Below are positions 37,903 through 49,565 of a DNA stretch of 64,000 bases, one piece after another. Each line of letters opens with the position of its first letter. Within the stretch, counting starts at the first letter, position 1. The stretch is from the NCBI GenBank assembly GCA_907165135.1, contig OU015566.1, forward strand, positions 7,750,001-7,814,000, written 5' to 3'. Source of the DNA: Oikopleura dioica. Lineage: Eukaryota > Animalia > Chordata. The position numbers and the translations under genes are program-made. The notes under the pieces were generated by a model, which was not told where the DNA came from, made no database searches, and saw only the letters and a program-made list of their open reading frames with translations.

Positions 37903-39419
37903 TCAGCACTGGCCAAGGGCGCTGAGACTTCCATCGGCGCAACAGTCGATCATGAATGGGTTGTACGTTTTCACCGAGCAGCATTGTTTCGAAGGTCCGG
38001 AGACGAATGGTCGTCTAAATTTGCATTTAAAAAATGATGAAAAAAGTTCGCGCGACCTTTTTCCGGGTAGGCCGCAGCATTGGTCGGGCTCTCCTCCTTC
38101 TTCGTTGGAAATTCGTCTCATCGACAATTTTGGTTTTCCATTGCCTTTTTCATCTTGTCTGTATCTCATAGGACATTCAGCTTCTCTGTCGAAACCAGCC
38201 ATTCGCTTCGAATAAATCGATGAAAAGTCGGCGAGTTGAACTTTCTTTTTTAGGTTCTCTCACTTTTCGCAATATTTTTTTTCAAAAATAATCGAAAATC
38301 TCTACGAGGAAAATTTTCATTTAGGACCCTAGCTTGATAAATTCTCTATCGCATTCGCATGTCGATCGTTGGCAGCTATTTTCTGCATCTCGACAGATCA
38401 TGTCCTGAAATTTAAAATTGAAATCAACGAAGAGAACTTTTGTTGTATTCTTACGTTGTATTCGTCTCCAGGAGCAGAGGTAAATTTGTAGCCATTGTAA
38501 GGATGACATCGTTTAGACTGCTCATGATCGATGTTAATGCATTTCAGGCACTCCTGAAGAGCATGGCATGCCGAGTCTGAATGAAAAATGTTGTTTAGAA
38601 ACACGTGATCGAGGACTAGTCACTCTTGTGGGATCTTGATGGTTTGTTGTTGCCGCAAACCGGATCTGCCCGTAAACAACCGCGGTCACAGATCGTGATT
38701 CAAACAGATGTAAACAAACTGCCCAATAGATGGAAATTGGATCAATCAGCAGCGTTTATTTGTTAATTAAGAGATTTTTGCGTCTAATGCGTTTTTCTGC
38801 TGCCAACAACTTTTTGTCGAATTTGAAAACAAAAGGCTTACCAAGAGGGTCAATTGGTCGTCCAATTCCCGGAGTGAGAATATCTTCCTTGATGTTCAAG
38901 AAGCAATAGCATCCGTACTCGAGCCAGTCACGTGAGCTTCGCTCTGGTTCAGCGTATTTTAAAAGTCGAAGGAGCTGTTTTCCTTTCTTTTTCTTCTGCT
39001 TGTTCATGCGCTAGAAATGTGGATACATGACTTTGATGGGGAATTAAGCTAACCTTTTCTGAGTTTTTGCCGCCGCCTCGACCCCTAACTATGTCAGCTA
39101 GAATCATGTCGATTTCAAGATCCTCTGCGTCGTCAAATTCCAAATCTCCCCTAAAAAGATGCATTTATATTGATTTTTTTCTTAACAAGCCATTTTTATT
39201 ATTAAAATTTATATTTTTGAATCCCTTTCAAATTATTAGAGACAAATTTCTGATTCTTTTTTGAATAATTTTCACTGCTAAAGTTGTTACTTACTCAAAT
39301 TCTGTTTCCTCAATCTCAAAATTTTCTTCCTGAATCTCGTTGATAGATGATCCACTTTCAATCGAAGAAAGTTGCGCGGTAACTGCGGTAGAGGCGAGTA
39401 AAATTGCTGGGAGTCGCAT
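37903..39419 (-). CDS. Secreted phospholipase A2-like protein, probably catalytically inactive
   Basis: Signal peptide MRLPAILLASTAVTA; YGCYC loop; D-S-A-C-H-A-L-Q-E-C in place of D-x-C-C-x-x-H-D-x-C; TCECD; Cys-rich C-terminus. Confidence 0.8.
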
Positions 39420-39700
39420 TTTGGAAGTGTTGTTTCTATCGCTTACGTCCTTTTATCAAGAACGCTAAAAAAGAAGAATCGGGCGTCGGTTGTTTAGCGG
39501 CTGGAGTCTCTTGCTATTTGAGAGTTGCGCGGCGGCGGTGGAGCTTTCTTCAAACAGCGGCGGTAAGGAGCGAGCGCCATTCTGATTAGGAGCAGCTCGG
39601 GGATAAAGTGAAAACGTAATTATGTTCTTTTTTCTAGAAAGGTCGAGGATGAACACCAACTTTTGTTATCCTTCAGTAGTTTTGATCGTCTTCTTCCAAC

Positions 39701-40817
39701 ATGGTGCTCCGGAAGGAATATCGAATTCCGCTGCCTATTTCTCTGGGTACACCCTTAATCCTAGTTGGAAACATATTTTCTTTATAATCAGAAAAGTTTC
39801 TATTTTCTTCTTTGTGATAAATTTTGATCATCTTCTTTTCAGACGAATACAACCGCGCCCAATATTACACCACAATCATCTCCGAAAAAGATTTCGCCAA
39901 GAACGGAGAAGGAATCGAGCGACTTGAAAAGCGCCAAGAAGGCGACAAGGAATATCAAAAGCGCCATTACCACGTGCACTCGCTCATGCCCTCGCCTATT
40001 CAAAAAGTCATCAAGAAGGAACAAAGCATTCTTATAGAAGAAGGTACTGCTAATTAGTAATTACCGTCAAAGTGCCCTGAGAGTACTTAACCTTGTGATT
40101 TGTAAAATAGAAAATCGCTGACGAGTTACGAGTTCCGGTTCCTGTTTAGACAGATAGTTGTCCGCGATCCTAAGGGTATCCCTCTAAAAAGACCTTCTTT
40201 TTTAGGCTGGCTCGAGTGGCCAAACTACGAGACCAAATTCACCAACACTTACATGGGCGAAAACTTCCTGATTGAAATCAAAAGCGTTCACAAAGCTGAT
40301 TTGGGAGAAAGCGAAAATGTTCATGAACTATCTGAAAAAGATTGGAAGGACACGGAAGTTGTGAATATCGATATTGCTGATGCTGACGCGAAGGAATGGG
40401 ATCCAAAGTTGGTCGATATGAAGAAGTTTGGGAGAGTGAATGTCGAAAGGGGATGGATTGGGAAGCTGAAAAATGATTCTCATATGGAAGTTTGGGTTTA
40501 TTTCTAAGTAGGGTTCGAGCTCTACTAGATTCAATAAAAGCAGCTAAATAAACCCAGCAGAAGGATACCCGTATATGACTTGCTACAAATTGGTGACGGT
40601 CAAATTCAAATGGTGGGGACTTGAAACGCTCGTCACGAAATTCGCGCATTACTGGGAGAAAAAGGCGTTTATCACCTTCCACTGTCAGATGATCTGCTGC
40701 ATGGACAAGCACGATAAGTTCCCTGGATGGTTGAATTCCGACATGGAGCAAATTGAGAAGATGGAGGAAGACGAACTCAAAGAAATTACACAAAGGTTGT
40801 CTGCGATTCAAATGTAA
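39701..40817 (+). CDS. Phosphatidylinositol transfer protein (class I PITP-like), divergent
   Basis: Exons 39701-39746 (MVLRKEYRIPLPISL), 39843-40043, 40206-~40490, ~40560-40817 (PYMTCYKLVTVKFKWWGL..FHCQMICCMDK); matches PITP alpha/beta motifs. Confidence 0.9.
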
Positions 40818-41306
40818 TGGTTTGATCTGGAAGATATTATTTAATAAACTTGTTTTATAATAAAACAGACATCTGTCAAATTGCTTGCAACTAAAAAGTG
40901 TTGAACTCTGATAATTAAATTCTAATAGATTGCTACCTCTAAAGAAAGAAATCTGTCGAGCCGGTGCCTCAAATCTCTCCGGGAATCTGCCTTTTTAGAC
41001 CTTTCGTTGAGCCCAAATAAACAATTCAACCACCGAGCTATCGTGAGGCGAAAATTCTACTTGAAGCGTTTTGTCACGCCAAAATCTAATGAATACACCG
41101 CCACTTCCACTTGCAAAGTTCATGATTGTCATTTTAAATTTCGGTGTTCTTTCCTAGGAGAAGTTAACAAGGTTGAGATAAGGTCGACAGCGATGAAATG
41201 AACGCTATGTCGGACTGAAAAAAGCCCGTTCTTGCAGAAAAAATATATTTTGAAGCAAACATTAACATTTGTATTTAATAAATTAAAAAATCAATGTTTG
41301 AAAATT

Positions 41307-43158
41307 TTAGAGGCTACAGTAATCGACAGGACTAACAAAAATTAATGGAAAGTAGTTTTCATATCCTTGTTCATCTGCAATAATGCTCGTAAAGTTTACT
41401 TCTTCATTTCCATCTTCACCCAGTTTTATGAGTTGAATAGGCGATACTTTTTTCATTCTAATTAAATGAGAAATTCCGGGAGAAACAAAAATAGAGCTCT
41501 CCAATTGAATCGCTGATGAATAAGCAATTGCCTTAAAGTAACGAGAAAAGCGAGCGGAAAAAGTTAAAAGCAATTTACTTTTAAAAGGACTCCTTCAGAC
41601 GACCAATTGTTATTCCACAATTTCCAAATTTCGTTGCATATTTCAAATATAAAACCATCCTCTGAGAACGATCCTCCAATCGTCAAAAGACTCCCTGAAG
41701 GCAAACCAATTGTAGAAAAACTGTAGATCCATCTGAAATTGTTGCAATATAACAAGAGTTTTTTTTCGCACCTCGGATGGGGTTTCAAGTATATCCAGCC
41801 TTTTTCTGTCAATGTTTCCACTGCACGATCTCCAGATGATAAGGCTCCTCCGACGGCAGTTGGACGACCTTTATAGAGGCCTAACTCGCCGTATTCGTGT
41901 CCTGCTCTCGTGGAAGATGTTTTCTTTGAACTCAATCCATCAAAAGACTCGCATTTTGAGTTTTTCTCTACGTCGAAACAAATAATTGCTAAACACAGAT
42001 TTTCGATTAAGATTTTAACAAAAACACAAAAAAAAAATTATTTAGATAAACCTATACTACCGCCGGTAAGTGTTAAAGTTGAATGACTGTGCCCATAAAT
42101 AGGGCTCACCATTTGCTTTATATTTCTTCTCCTAAGAGGTACTTTATTTATATTAATGTTGACCCGGCAGCTGCGTGGCGAGCCCTAGGACCATAACTAT
42201 GAAACAATCGTGCTGATAATTCCGTGAATCGGCACCCATCTAACCGTGCTATCTAAAAATTAAATTTATAAAAAAATCTTTATGTTATCTTAACTTTGTA
42301 TTTATCTTCGTCTCCTCCAAATATATGGACCTGACCATTAACAAGTGCGTGTCTTGTTGAGTAAAGATATTTGGAAAGGTAATTGTCGTATTCAAAGGGA
42401 GGTGAAAAGAACGCTTCTTTACTGACGATTCTGCCGTCGAGTAATGCATAATTCTCGCGGGGCAAGGACATTTCAGAACGTAAAACATTGATTTTAAAGC
42501 TTGAAGATGTTGAGTAGATGAAGTTTTTGATTTTCGAGGCGTGATCGAATTTAAAAATACGGATCTTTTTGTTTTTCATTGTCTTGATCAAGTCTTTGCT
42601 CATCTGAATTTCCGATTTCGTTTCGCTATGTTTCTTTTCATTCTTAAATTTTTTGAAAACCAGAGTCAGAAATAAAATCATGAGAATAATTCTAAAAGCG
42701 TGAATCTCAAAAAATTCCTCAACAACTTCAAGAGTAACCGATCCGATCGATTGATTCGACTTCAAATAAAGTACACATTGCTTTAGTTGAGAAGCATCTG
42801 AATTGAAAACGAATGTTTCATCAAAATAAGCAGAGTCCATCCAAATCGAGCTATTTTCGAAAATCCCGAAGTTCATCAAACTTTTCTCATCGTAAAATCT
42901 CAAATCAAGAATTTTCGTTGATTTTGAAGCGCGCAACTGCTCCTCAAAATCGATCTCAAATTGAAATTTTTCTGTCCCATTCAATCTCAGCTCGATAGTT
43001 GAAATATGCTTTAGCTCTTCAAGCGCAGAAAAGTAATTATCCGGAATGATGGTATTGTGATAAAAGCTTGGACGAGGAAATCTCGGCTGTGAGGCTGCAT
43101 TTTTGGCAAAAGCTGGGAAGACATCGTCGTGGAACGCGAAAAAAGGGTTGCTGGTCAC
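41307..43158 (-). CDS. Kelch-like beta-propeller protein of an appendicularian-type expanded family (upstream part of the ORF has a TM segment)
   Basis: HALVNGQVHIFGG, IARLDGCRF, IICFD..KCESFDG, LGLYKGRPTAVGG, LLTIGG, C-terminal PLIFVSPVDYC; exons phase-consistent if 42087-42184 is spliced. Confidence 0.6.
42099..42188. mobile_element. 90-bp hAT-like MITE inside a coding exon
   Basis: TIR TAGGGCTCACCA / TGGCGAGCCCTA (11/12); flanking 8-bp TSD GCCCATAA (42091-42098) / GACCATAA (42189-42196), 7/8. Confidence 0.75.
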
Positions 43159-43207
43159 GTGAATTTTCGTATCTGCCGTTTGCTGAGTAAAAGATAACTC
43201 AGTCCGT

Positions 43208-43612
43208 TCATTTTGTAGGATTCAAAAAATTGATTCTTTCATTAAAAATGTTAAATAATATGTTTGAATCTTTTCCGAAATCAAAGTCAATTTTGAAAAA
43301 CGAATCGAAGACGTAGTTTTGAATGAAGATCTTTTCGTCGCTAACAATCACATTTGCAAAGTACTCACACTCGTCGTTTATAAGTCCACCAATATTTGTG
43401 AAGAAGGGATCATCCATAGCGAATAATTTCGAAATACAAGGTGTTTTTTCTTCGTATCTGACAAGAGACCCGATCCACTCACTACAAAGCGTTATAAATT
43501 TCCCTTCTTTTTCCAGTAACACCGAGTAGAGTGTGTTTGAGAGCAGGATACTTCTCGTCACTAGAATCAACACAAGCATTCCCGAGTCAGTCTTCTTTGA
43601 GTTATCAATCAA
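43208..43612 (-). CDS. Hypothetical protein exon with hydrophobic N-terminus; may be the first exon of the 42280-43158 ORF
   Basis: 134-aa ORF with MLVLILVTRSILL signal-like segment, lying ~50 bp upstream of the next co-oriented ORF. Confidence 0.4.
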   Translation of the reverse strand: MIDNSKKTDSGMLVLILVTRSILLSNTLYSVLLEKEGKFITLCSEWIGSLVRYEEKTPCISKLFAMDDPFFTNIGGLINDECEYFANVIVSDEKIFIQNYVFDSFFKIDFDFGKDSNILFNIFNERINFLNPTK

Positions 43613-43633
43613 TTACTCTGCTTTTCTCAATTC

Positions 43634-45905
43634 TTAACCAAAATTATGAACTCTTATCAAAGGAACAACATGCACGGGATCCAAGTCTCTGAACTCAGCC
43701 GACAATCCGATCTCATTCTTTCGCCACCCTTTTTCCAACTCTTCGCTTCTTCGAATCCTGTTCAAGGCAACAGTCGTGGAGAGCTTGATATAATGATCGC
43801 CCATCTTCACGCTCATCAGATGAAAAACCCCGTTAAAGCTAATTGATGACACTTTGGCGTTGAAATGGTTGCTTGCGATGAATCCTTGGCCTTCCTCGAA
43901 GCGGTCCAAGTTATAATCAGGAGCGAAGTAGAAGCACTTCTCATTTCTCTCTGTCGGTGAGCTTTGAGTGGTCAAAAACATAAATGAAAATAATATAATA
44001 TAATATATCCTTATTTGACCCTGAACAGATGACGACAACTGGAAACACCTTTTTGCCTTTCTCTTTTTGACGAATTTCAATGTGATGAGTTCCAATGGAC
44101 GAGCCAAAATGAAAGACAAAAAATTTTCTGAAAAAAAAAATATTTCTTTTATTAGTTTATTCTCTATATTATAAGGACTATATGTAGGGTTTTTCACGGA
44201 ACGGCGCGGCCCGCTCTGGGGTCCATCCACGAATATTAAAAGTCGTCTATTGAAGCGAAATTGATAATTCAAAAAATGAAACCGACTTATTCAAGGGAAT
44301 AGATTCATAATATCGCATTAGTTTTTCTTTCTTATGCAAGAATTCGCTGCAAGACGGTTTTTCTTACTAAATTTCGATTTTTTAATCTGAGTACATCAAA
44401 ATACACTCTCTATTTTCAAATATGTAGGAAATAAGATGTTTAATTTTCAGCTCTCAAAATTTGGGATTTCGGAAACTTTCGGAAGGTGTTCGAATCGACA
44501 GATAAGTGAGTGAAAGTGACTGCGCGCTAGTGCTTTACGCCGCTGCGCGGGACGCCCAAAAAGCATTAGCGCGCGCCATAATCCCAGCGGGTGGTTTCTA
44601 TGACCTAGTATCGGAAATCTGATGCGAATTACACCGGGTGATTTGCACAAACAGTTTCCCGGAAGTGTCAAGCTTCGTATTTGAGATGAATTAGTCGGAT
44701 TTATATCACTCGGGACAACAAAACTGATGAGATCCTATTTTATCTTCCTTATCATTATTGCACCACCACCAAGTCAGAATTTGATAATAATTTTCACATA
44801 TTTGAACTCAGCGGCTCAAGAAACACTTATTTAGAAATTATCAGGCCCATTGAATGATATACTATTTTCCGTGAAAAACCCTAACTATATGGTTATAATT
44901 TGGGAAGCCCCTAACTCTAACGGTTAGAGTCTAACCTTGCAGCTAAGCCCCGAGACTCCTCCCTAACGTTTAACCAAGAGGACTTCGCCCCCAACCGGGA
45001 CCCCAGAGCTTTCAGTCCTCTAACCCGAAACCCAAAACGAGATAATGAGTTTTCCTACTAACATATTTTTGTTCCGATTAACAGTTATCATCGGCGCAGT
45101 GCCATCCTCTTTCACTCTCATCAAATTGCCAATAGCATCGACCAAATAGTGCTCGTCATTCAGAAAAGTAGCGCCTGTTGACTTGAAATGCGTTTTTAAT
45201 AAAAAGAATCTACGTTTGTTGGTTTGCTACTGGTAGTAATCTACTGAAGAAGTAAAAACGTTCATAAGGCAAGAAAGAGTCCGTATCATTTACACGAATT
45301 TTCTTTTTGTGATCATCCAAAGAAGAAAGGACAATCGGAAATGTCATTTTTTCTGCTTTCCGATCATGCCAGCGACCAGTTATCACTGAATCTGATATCC
45401 AAATGCGGTCGGTTTTATATGGTTTTGGTTTCTGCAAGTCAAAAACAGGCGCCAATTTCTGATATGAATCCAATTTCTCGCACTCATAAAAAGGACATGG
45501 ACAGCCATAGGGACAATACTTTTCAGTTGGGCAAACTTCTCCGGCGGATTCAGAAGATCTTGTCAGTTCAAAACACATCGACTCACAAGGGGAGATCGAC
45601 TTCGTTCTTGTTGATGTCAAAAGAAGCGTTTTTGAACAAAGATGGCGACAGACTTTTTGATCGTAGAACTTTTTCTTCTTGCAGCGAATGAGATTGACTT
45701 GATTTTCCTCATTATCAAAACGAATGGGTTCCCTCTCAGGAAGCTTAATTTTGGAAGCAGGTTCCGGGAGAATGAATTCTTTTGTTTCATAACATTCTTT
45801 CATTAGATGTCCACAATAGTGAAGTTCGGCGATTTTTATACATTTCTTGTAATTTCGGTGACAAGTTGAAGTAAGAAAAGTTGCCACGCCTCGAGATTTC
45901 TCCAA
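43634..45905 (-). CDS. Cys-rich, appendicularian-type secreted/kelch-associated protein, fragmentary model
   Basis: 45210-45905 contains SPCESMC and CPTEKYCPYGCPCPFYEC; 43634-44000 is a plausible terminal exon; intermediate exons not resolved. Confidence 0.45.
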
Positions 45906-46503
45906 AGATACGAAATTTGCTAAAAATATTCACAATTACTTGACGAACCTGATTCGTAAATAATATTTCGAGCCTACAGTCAGCAAATAACGGTTGTTAA
46001 GTTACCTATGAGCATGATTGTGATCCAAAAAATAGAACCTAAAATCAAATAAGTTTGAGTTCGAATACTTCTGATTGTCAAGACTTCTTCCGGAAATAAA
46101 AATACCTCTTTCTTCTTTTGTCTCAAAACGCCGATACAGTCGCAATCAAGACACTTTTAATTCAATGAGTCAAGGTTAAAAAAGCGAAATTGGAAGTACC
46201 CTGACTTTAGTTTGTAAAAATACATTTTTTGTCCATTCATTTTTGTCACTGATAACCATAGCAAGCAATCTCTGGAAAATAAGTAAAGTATTTCTTAGGG
46301 TAAAATCTGAATGAATTGTTTTATGAGGGTTCCACCTGCCCTTGCGGTTCGACAGTTTTGTGTCATCTTTAAATGTTACTGCTAACATTTCAGAATAACC
46401 GATTTTTTCGTCCCATTCAACAAATTTTTCTAGGTCGAAATGAACGAAATTTATTATTTACATTTAAACTTGCATTAGTATAAAAAGGTTTTATGATAAG
46501 AAG

Positions 46504-47611
46504 TCACTTTTCTTCTGTCGAACCATTTCCATTAATTCTCATTATACTGGCAGATAAAGCATTTCCTAAAAATAAGTGAACAAAAAGCACATGAAGGCGA
46601 GAACCTTGAGTATAAATAACCAACTCTTCTGGAAAGCGCCGGACGACCTCGGGAATATCAGCGATTTTGTTGAACTCAACGTCGAGGATTTTCAGCTTTC
46701 TCATCTCCAAAAGTTTTTTCGGCACCTCTTTGAGATGATTGTAGCCTATCCAAAGGCCGCTGATCTCCGAGCAGAGACAGAGATTTAGGGGAATAGCAGA
46801 TATTCGATTGTGGTCAATGTGGAGGTATCGCAATGAGTTGAGGATGCAGATTGAGTTGTCTAGATATCGAATCTTGTTGTAGGAGAGCCACAAGGCCTCC
46901 ACGCTTGTCATTCGATTTTTATAGACGCGGAAGATTTTGATTTTGTTGTTGTTCAGGTAAATATTCTTCAATGAGTCCAAACTAGTAATCTACGAAACAT
47001 CAAATTCGTCTCTCTTACTTGTACAGAAAATTCGGAACTTGGCCAAGTCGATTGTTTGCAAAAGAAGCCACTTCTAAGTTCGGAAGAGAGCCAGATTCTA
47101 TGTCGAATTTAGCAAGTCCTTGATTCTCTATATACATGCTCGTCAGTCCAACCATGGAATATTTGAGGATATCTTGGCATGGAGCAACGACGATGTTTTT
47201 GATGCATTTTGAGTTTTGCGCTGACATTTGGCGGATATAACTTTCAATACGATTAAAAGAACTGTCTCTTATAACATATACTCGGAATTTTTTTGTGCGT
47301 TTCCTGATTTTCCTCCCATTCACATGCGTATGCTCCAAAATAAACTCGTCGTTGTTCGATGTCTCAAGAAGGCAAGTCTGCTCTGTCGTTTGAAAAACCC
47401 TTCTCTGACACTTTCGTAACATATTGTTTAAACAATGTTCATGCCTTTTGAAGAGAATGGCCGTACTATTGGCGGATAAATAATTCAGCGAGGACCTGAC
47501 GAGTCTTCTGCGCTGCCGGAGATCCTCTTCGTTGATGGATGCCGAGTGTATTGATAATGTGAATAATGAATAGCCCCCGCAAACCCATTCAGGAGACTTA
47601 CCACCGTCCAC
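46504..47611 (-). CDS. Leucine-rich repeat protein (5' end uncertain)
   Basis: Repeated LxxLxLxxNxI motifs (LEVASFANNRL, LKNIYLNNNKI, VEALWLSYNKI, LRYLHIDHNRI, LKILDVEFNKI) across two ORFs joined by a ~35-bp intron. Confidence 0.85.
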
Positions 47612-48148
47612 TAGAGTAAATATGACCTATTCATATAAGACTTCATTGAATATAAAAATATCTTAGATCTGAGTTGGCAACTTTCAATCCTCTTCAAGGA
47701 AGTTCCTTGATATGAAGAAGAGTATCCTGCGGCAGGATTCCTGCCTGCATGAACGAATCCTTATTGTGTATTCGTTCTTATATGAAATACGCGGAAATTC
47801 ATATAAGAAGCAATATATGTGAAATTTAAGAGTTGAAAAGTTTATTGCAATCGTGTGTGTTTGGTAAAGGTTTTTTGTTGACTAGACATGTTTCAGGAGC
47901 AGTCTTGGCAAAGGTTATCAGATAATATAGTACAATGCTAGAGTAAGTTATAGGAGATCATTGAGCTGAACTGAATGATCATTATTCGACTTTAATTCTA
48001 ATGCTTGTAAGTAACAGAAATTGGGTCGCCATTGAACTTGAAAAAATAGTAAATAAGGTACATTATTGAATAAAAAACGACGAAAATGAATAGTTTGTTA
48101 TCAAGGAATAGTGAATACAAGAAAGATTGGAAACTGTGAATAGGGAGT

Positions 48149-48764
48149 TTATGTAAGGCCGAATTCTTCTAAGATCGAACGAGTCACTTCTTGCTCTTGG
48201 TCTTCTTCTTGCATTTGATCTGCTGCTTCTATCGCGTGCAGGACCTTAGGGGGAGAAATATTTCATAACGAAGGGATCGGAGAGTCTACCTTCTTTTTGC
48301 TGGATTCCTGAAGTTGTCCAGCTAGTAAATACTCGTCAATAACAAAGTACGCTTTTTCGAAATTGAAGATGATATCCAACTCGCACACAGATCCAAAATA
48401 CTTGTCCAAAATTTCAACATATCGATGGATTACTTCCAACACCTAAAAATATGTTTCAGAGTTTTTTCTCTTTGGAAACCGACCTCGAGTTCATTTTCGT
48501 CCTGATCGACTCCGCAGCAAAAGTACAGGGATGCATATCTTTTGTACACCACTTTCATGCCCATAAAATCAACGAAATTCGACATTTTTGGCTTTCTTTG
48601 GAGGACTGTGTTCACAATGTCTCTTGATATCTTCTTTCTCTCCTTATCTGAAGAAAAATCTGAAGCTGGAATAAAATCGACGAAGGCGAACCTGGAACGG
48701 AATGAAACCACTTCGTCAGTCGGATCTTCCCCTGCCGGGAGAATAAAATCATAAAATTATACAT
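48149..48764 (-). CDS. AP1S: AP-1 adaptor complex sigma subunit
   Basis: [67 protein letters not shown]; four exons with GT-AG introns. Confidence 0.95.
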
Positions 48765-48922
48765 CTCTAAAAATAAAAAAGAAGATAAATAGAAATTTAA
48801 AAAGAAAGGAGATTGAAAATCGCTGAAGAAAGTTGAATGAAGGAAGACAGGTAAAACATGGATTTTTGAAGAACATCGATGGAAAAAAGACGTTGGAAGC
48901 GGATAAGTGTATGAAAAGAGGA

Positions 48923-49484
48923 TTAAATCATGCCGAGTTCTTTCAAATGCTCGAGCACAGCTCGTTCCTCATCCCAGAGATCGCTTTCATGAAGCTCTCT
49001 GGCGATCTAAATTGCTTGATAATAATCAGTCGGCTGGGTAAATCTTACCTCTTTTTTACTTGATTCTTGTAAATGCCCGGCAAGAATGATTTCGTCGAGA
49101 ATTTGGTAACTTCTTTCAAACTCAAAGATCATGTCTACTTCACAGACTGATCCGAACTGGGAGTCGAGCATTTCGACAAAGAGTCGAATGATATTCAAAG
49201 CATCGAACTCGTTGTCGTCCATGTCGATGCAAAGGGCGAAAAAGAGGGATGCGAACTTTTTGTAGACGATTTTGTATCCTAAATTAGAGTTTCAGTTTTA
49301 CACCAGATTCGGGGCCGACGAAAAAGTTACCGAAAAACTCGACGATGGAGGAATAGCTCTTATCCCTGTTGCAAACTAAATCGACTATCGATTTCGTGAA
49401 TCGCTCCCGATCCACCTCGCAGGAATACCATTTCTGCAGGCGCATTTTCGATTGCTTGTTGAACACCAAAACGGCGTGGAACAT
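48923..49484 (-). CDS. Divergent AP sigma subunit paralogue (sigma1-like), tandem to AP1S
   Basis: MFHAVLVFNKQSKMRLQKWY..GYKIVYKKFASLFF..DDNEFDALNIIRLFVEMLDSQFGSVCEVDMIFEFERSY; three exons. Confidence 0.9.
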
Positions 49485-49565
49485 TCTAGAATAGAGAAAC
49501 CCTTTAGAGGTTGATTTTGCATTGAGAAACAGTTTCAAAGAGCTCCAACAGAGATTCAAAATAGG

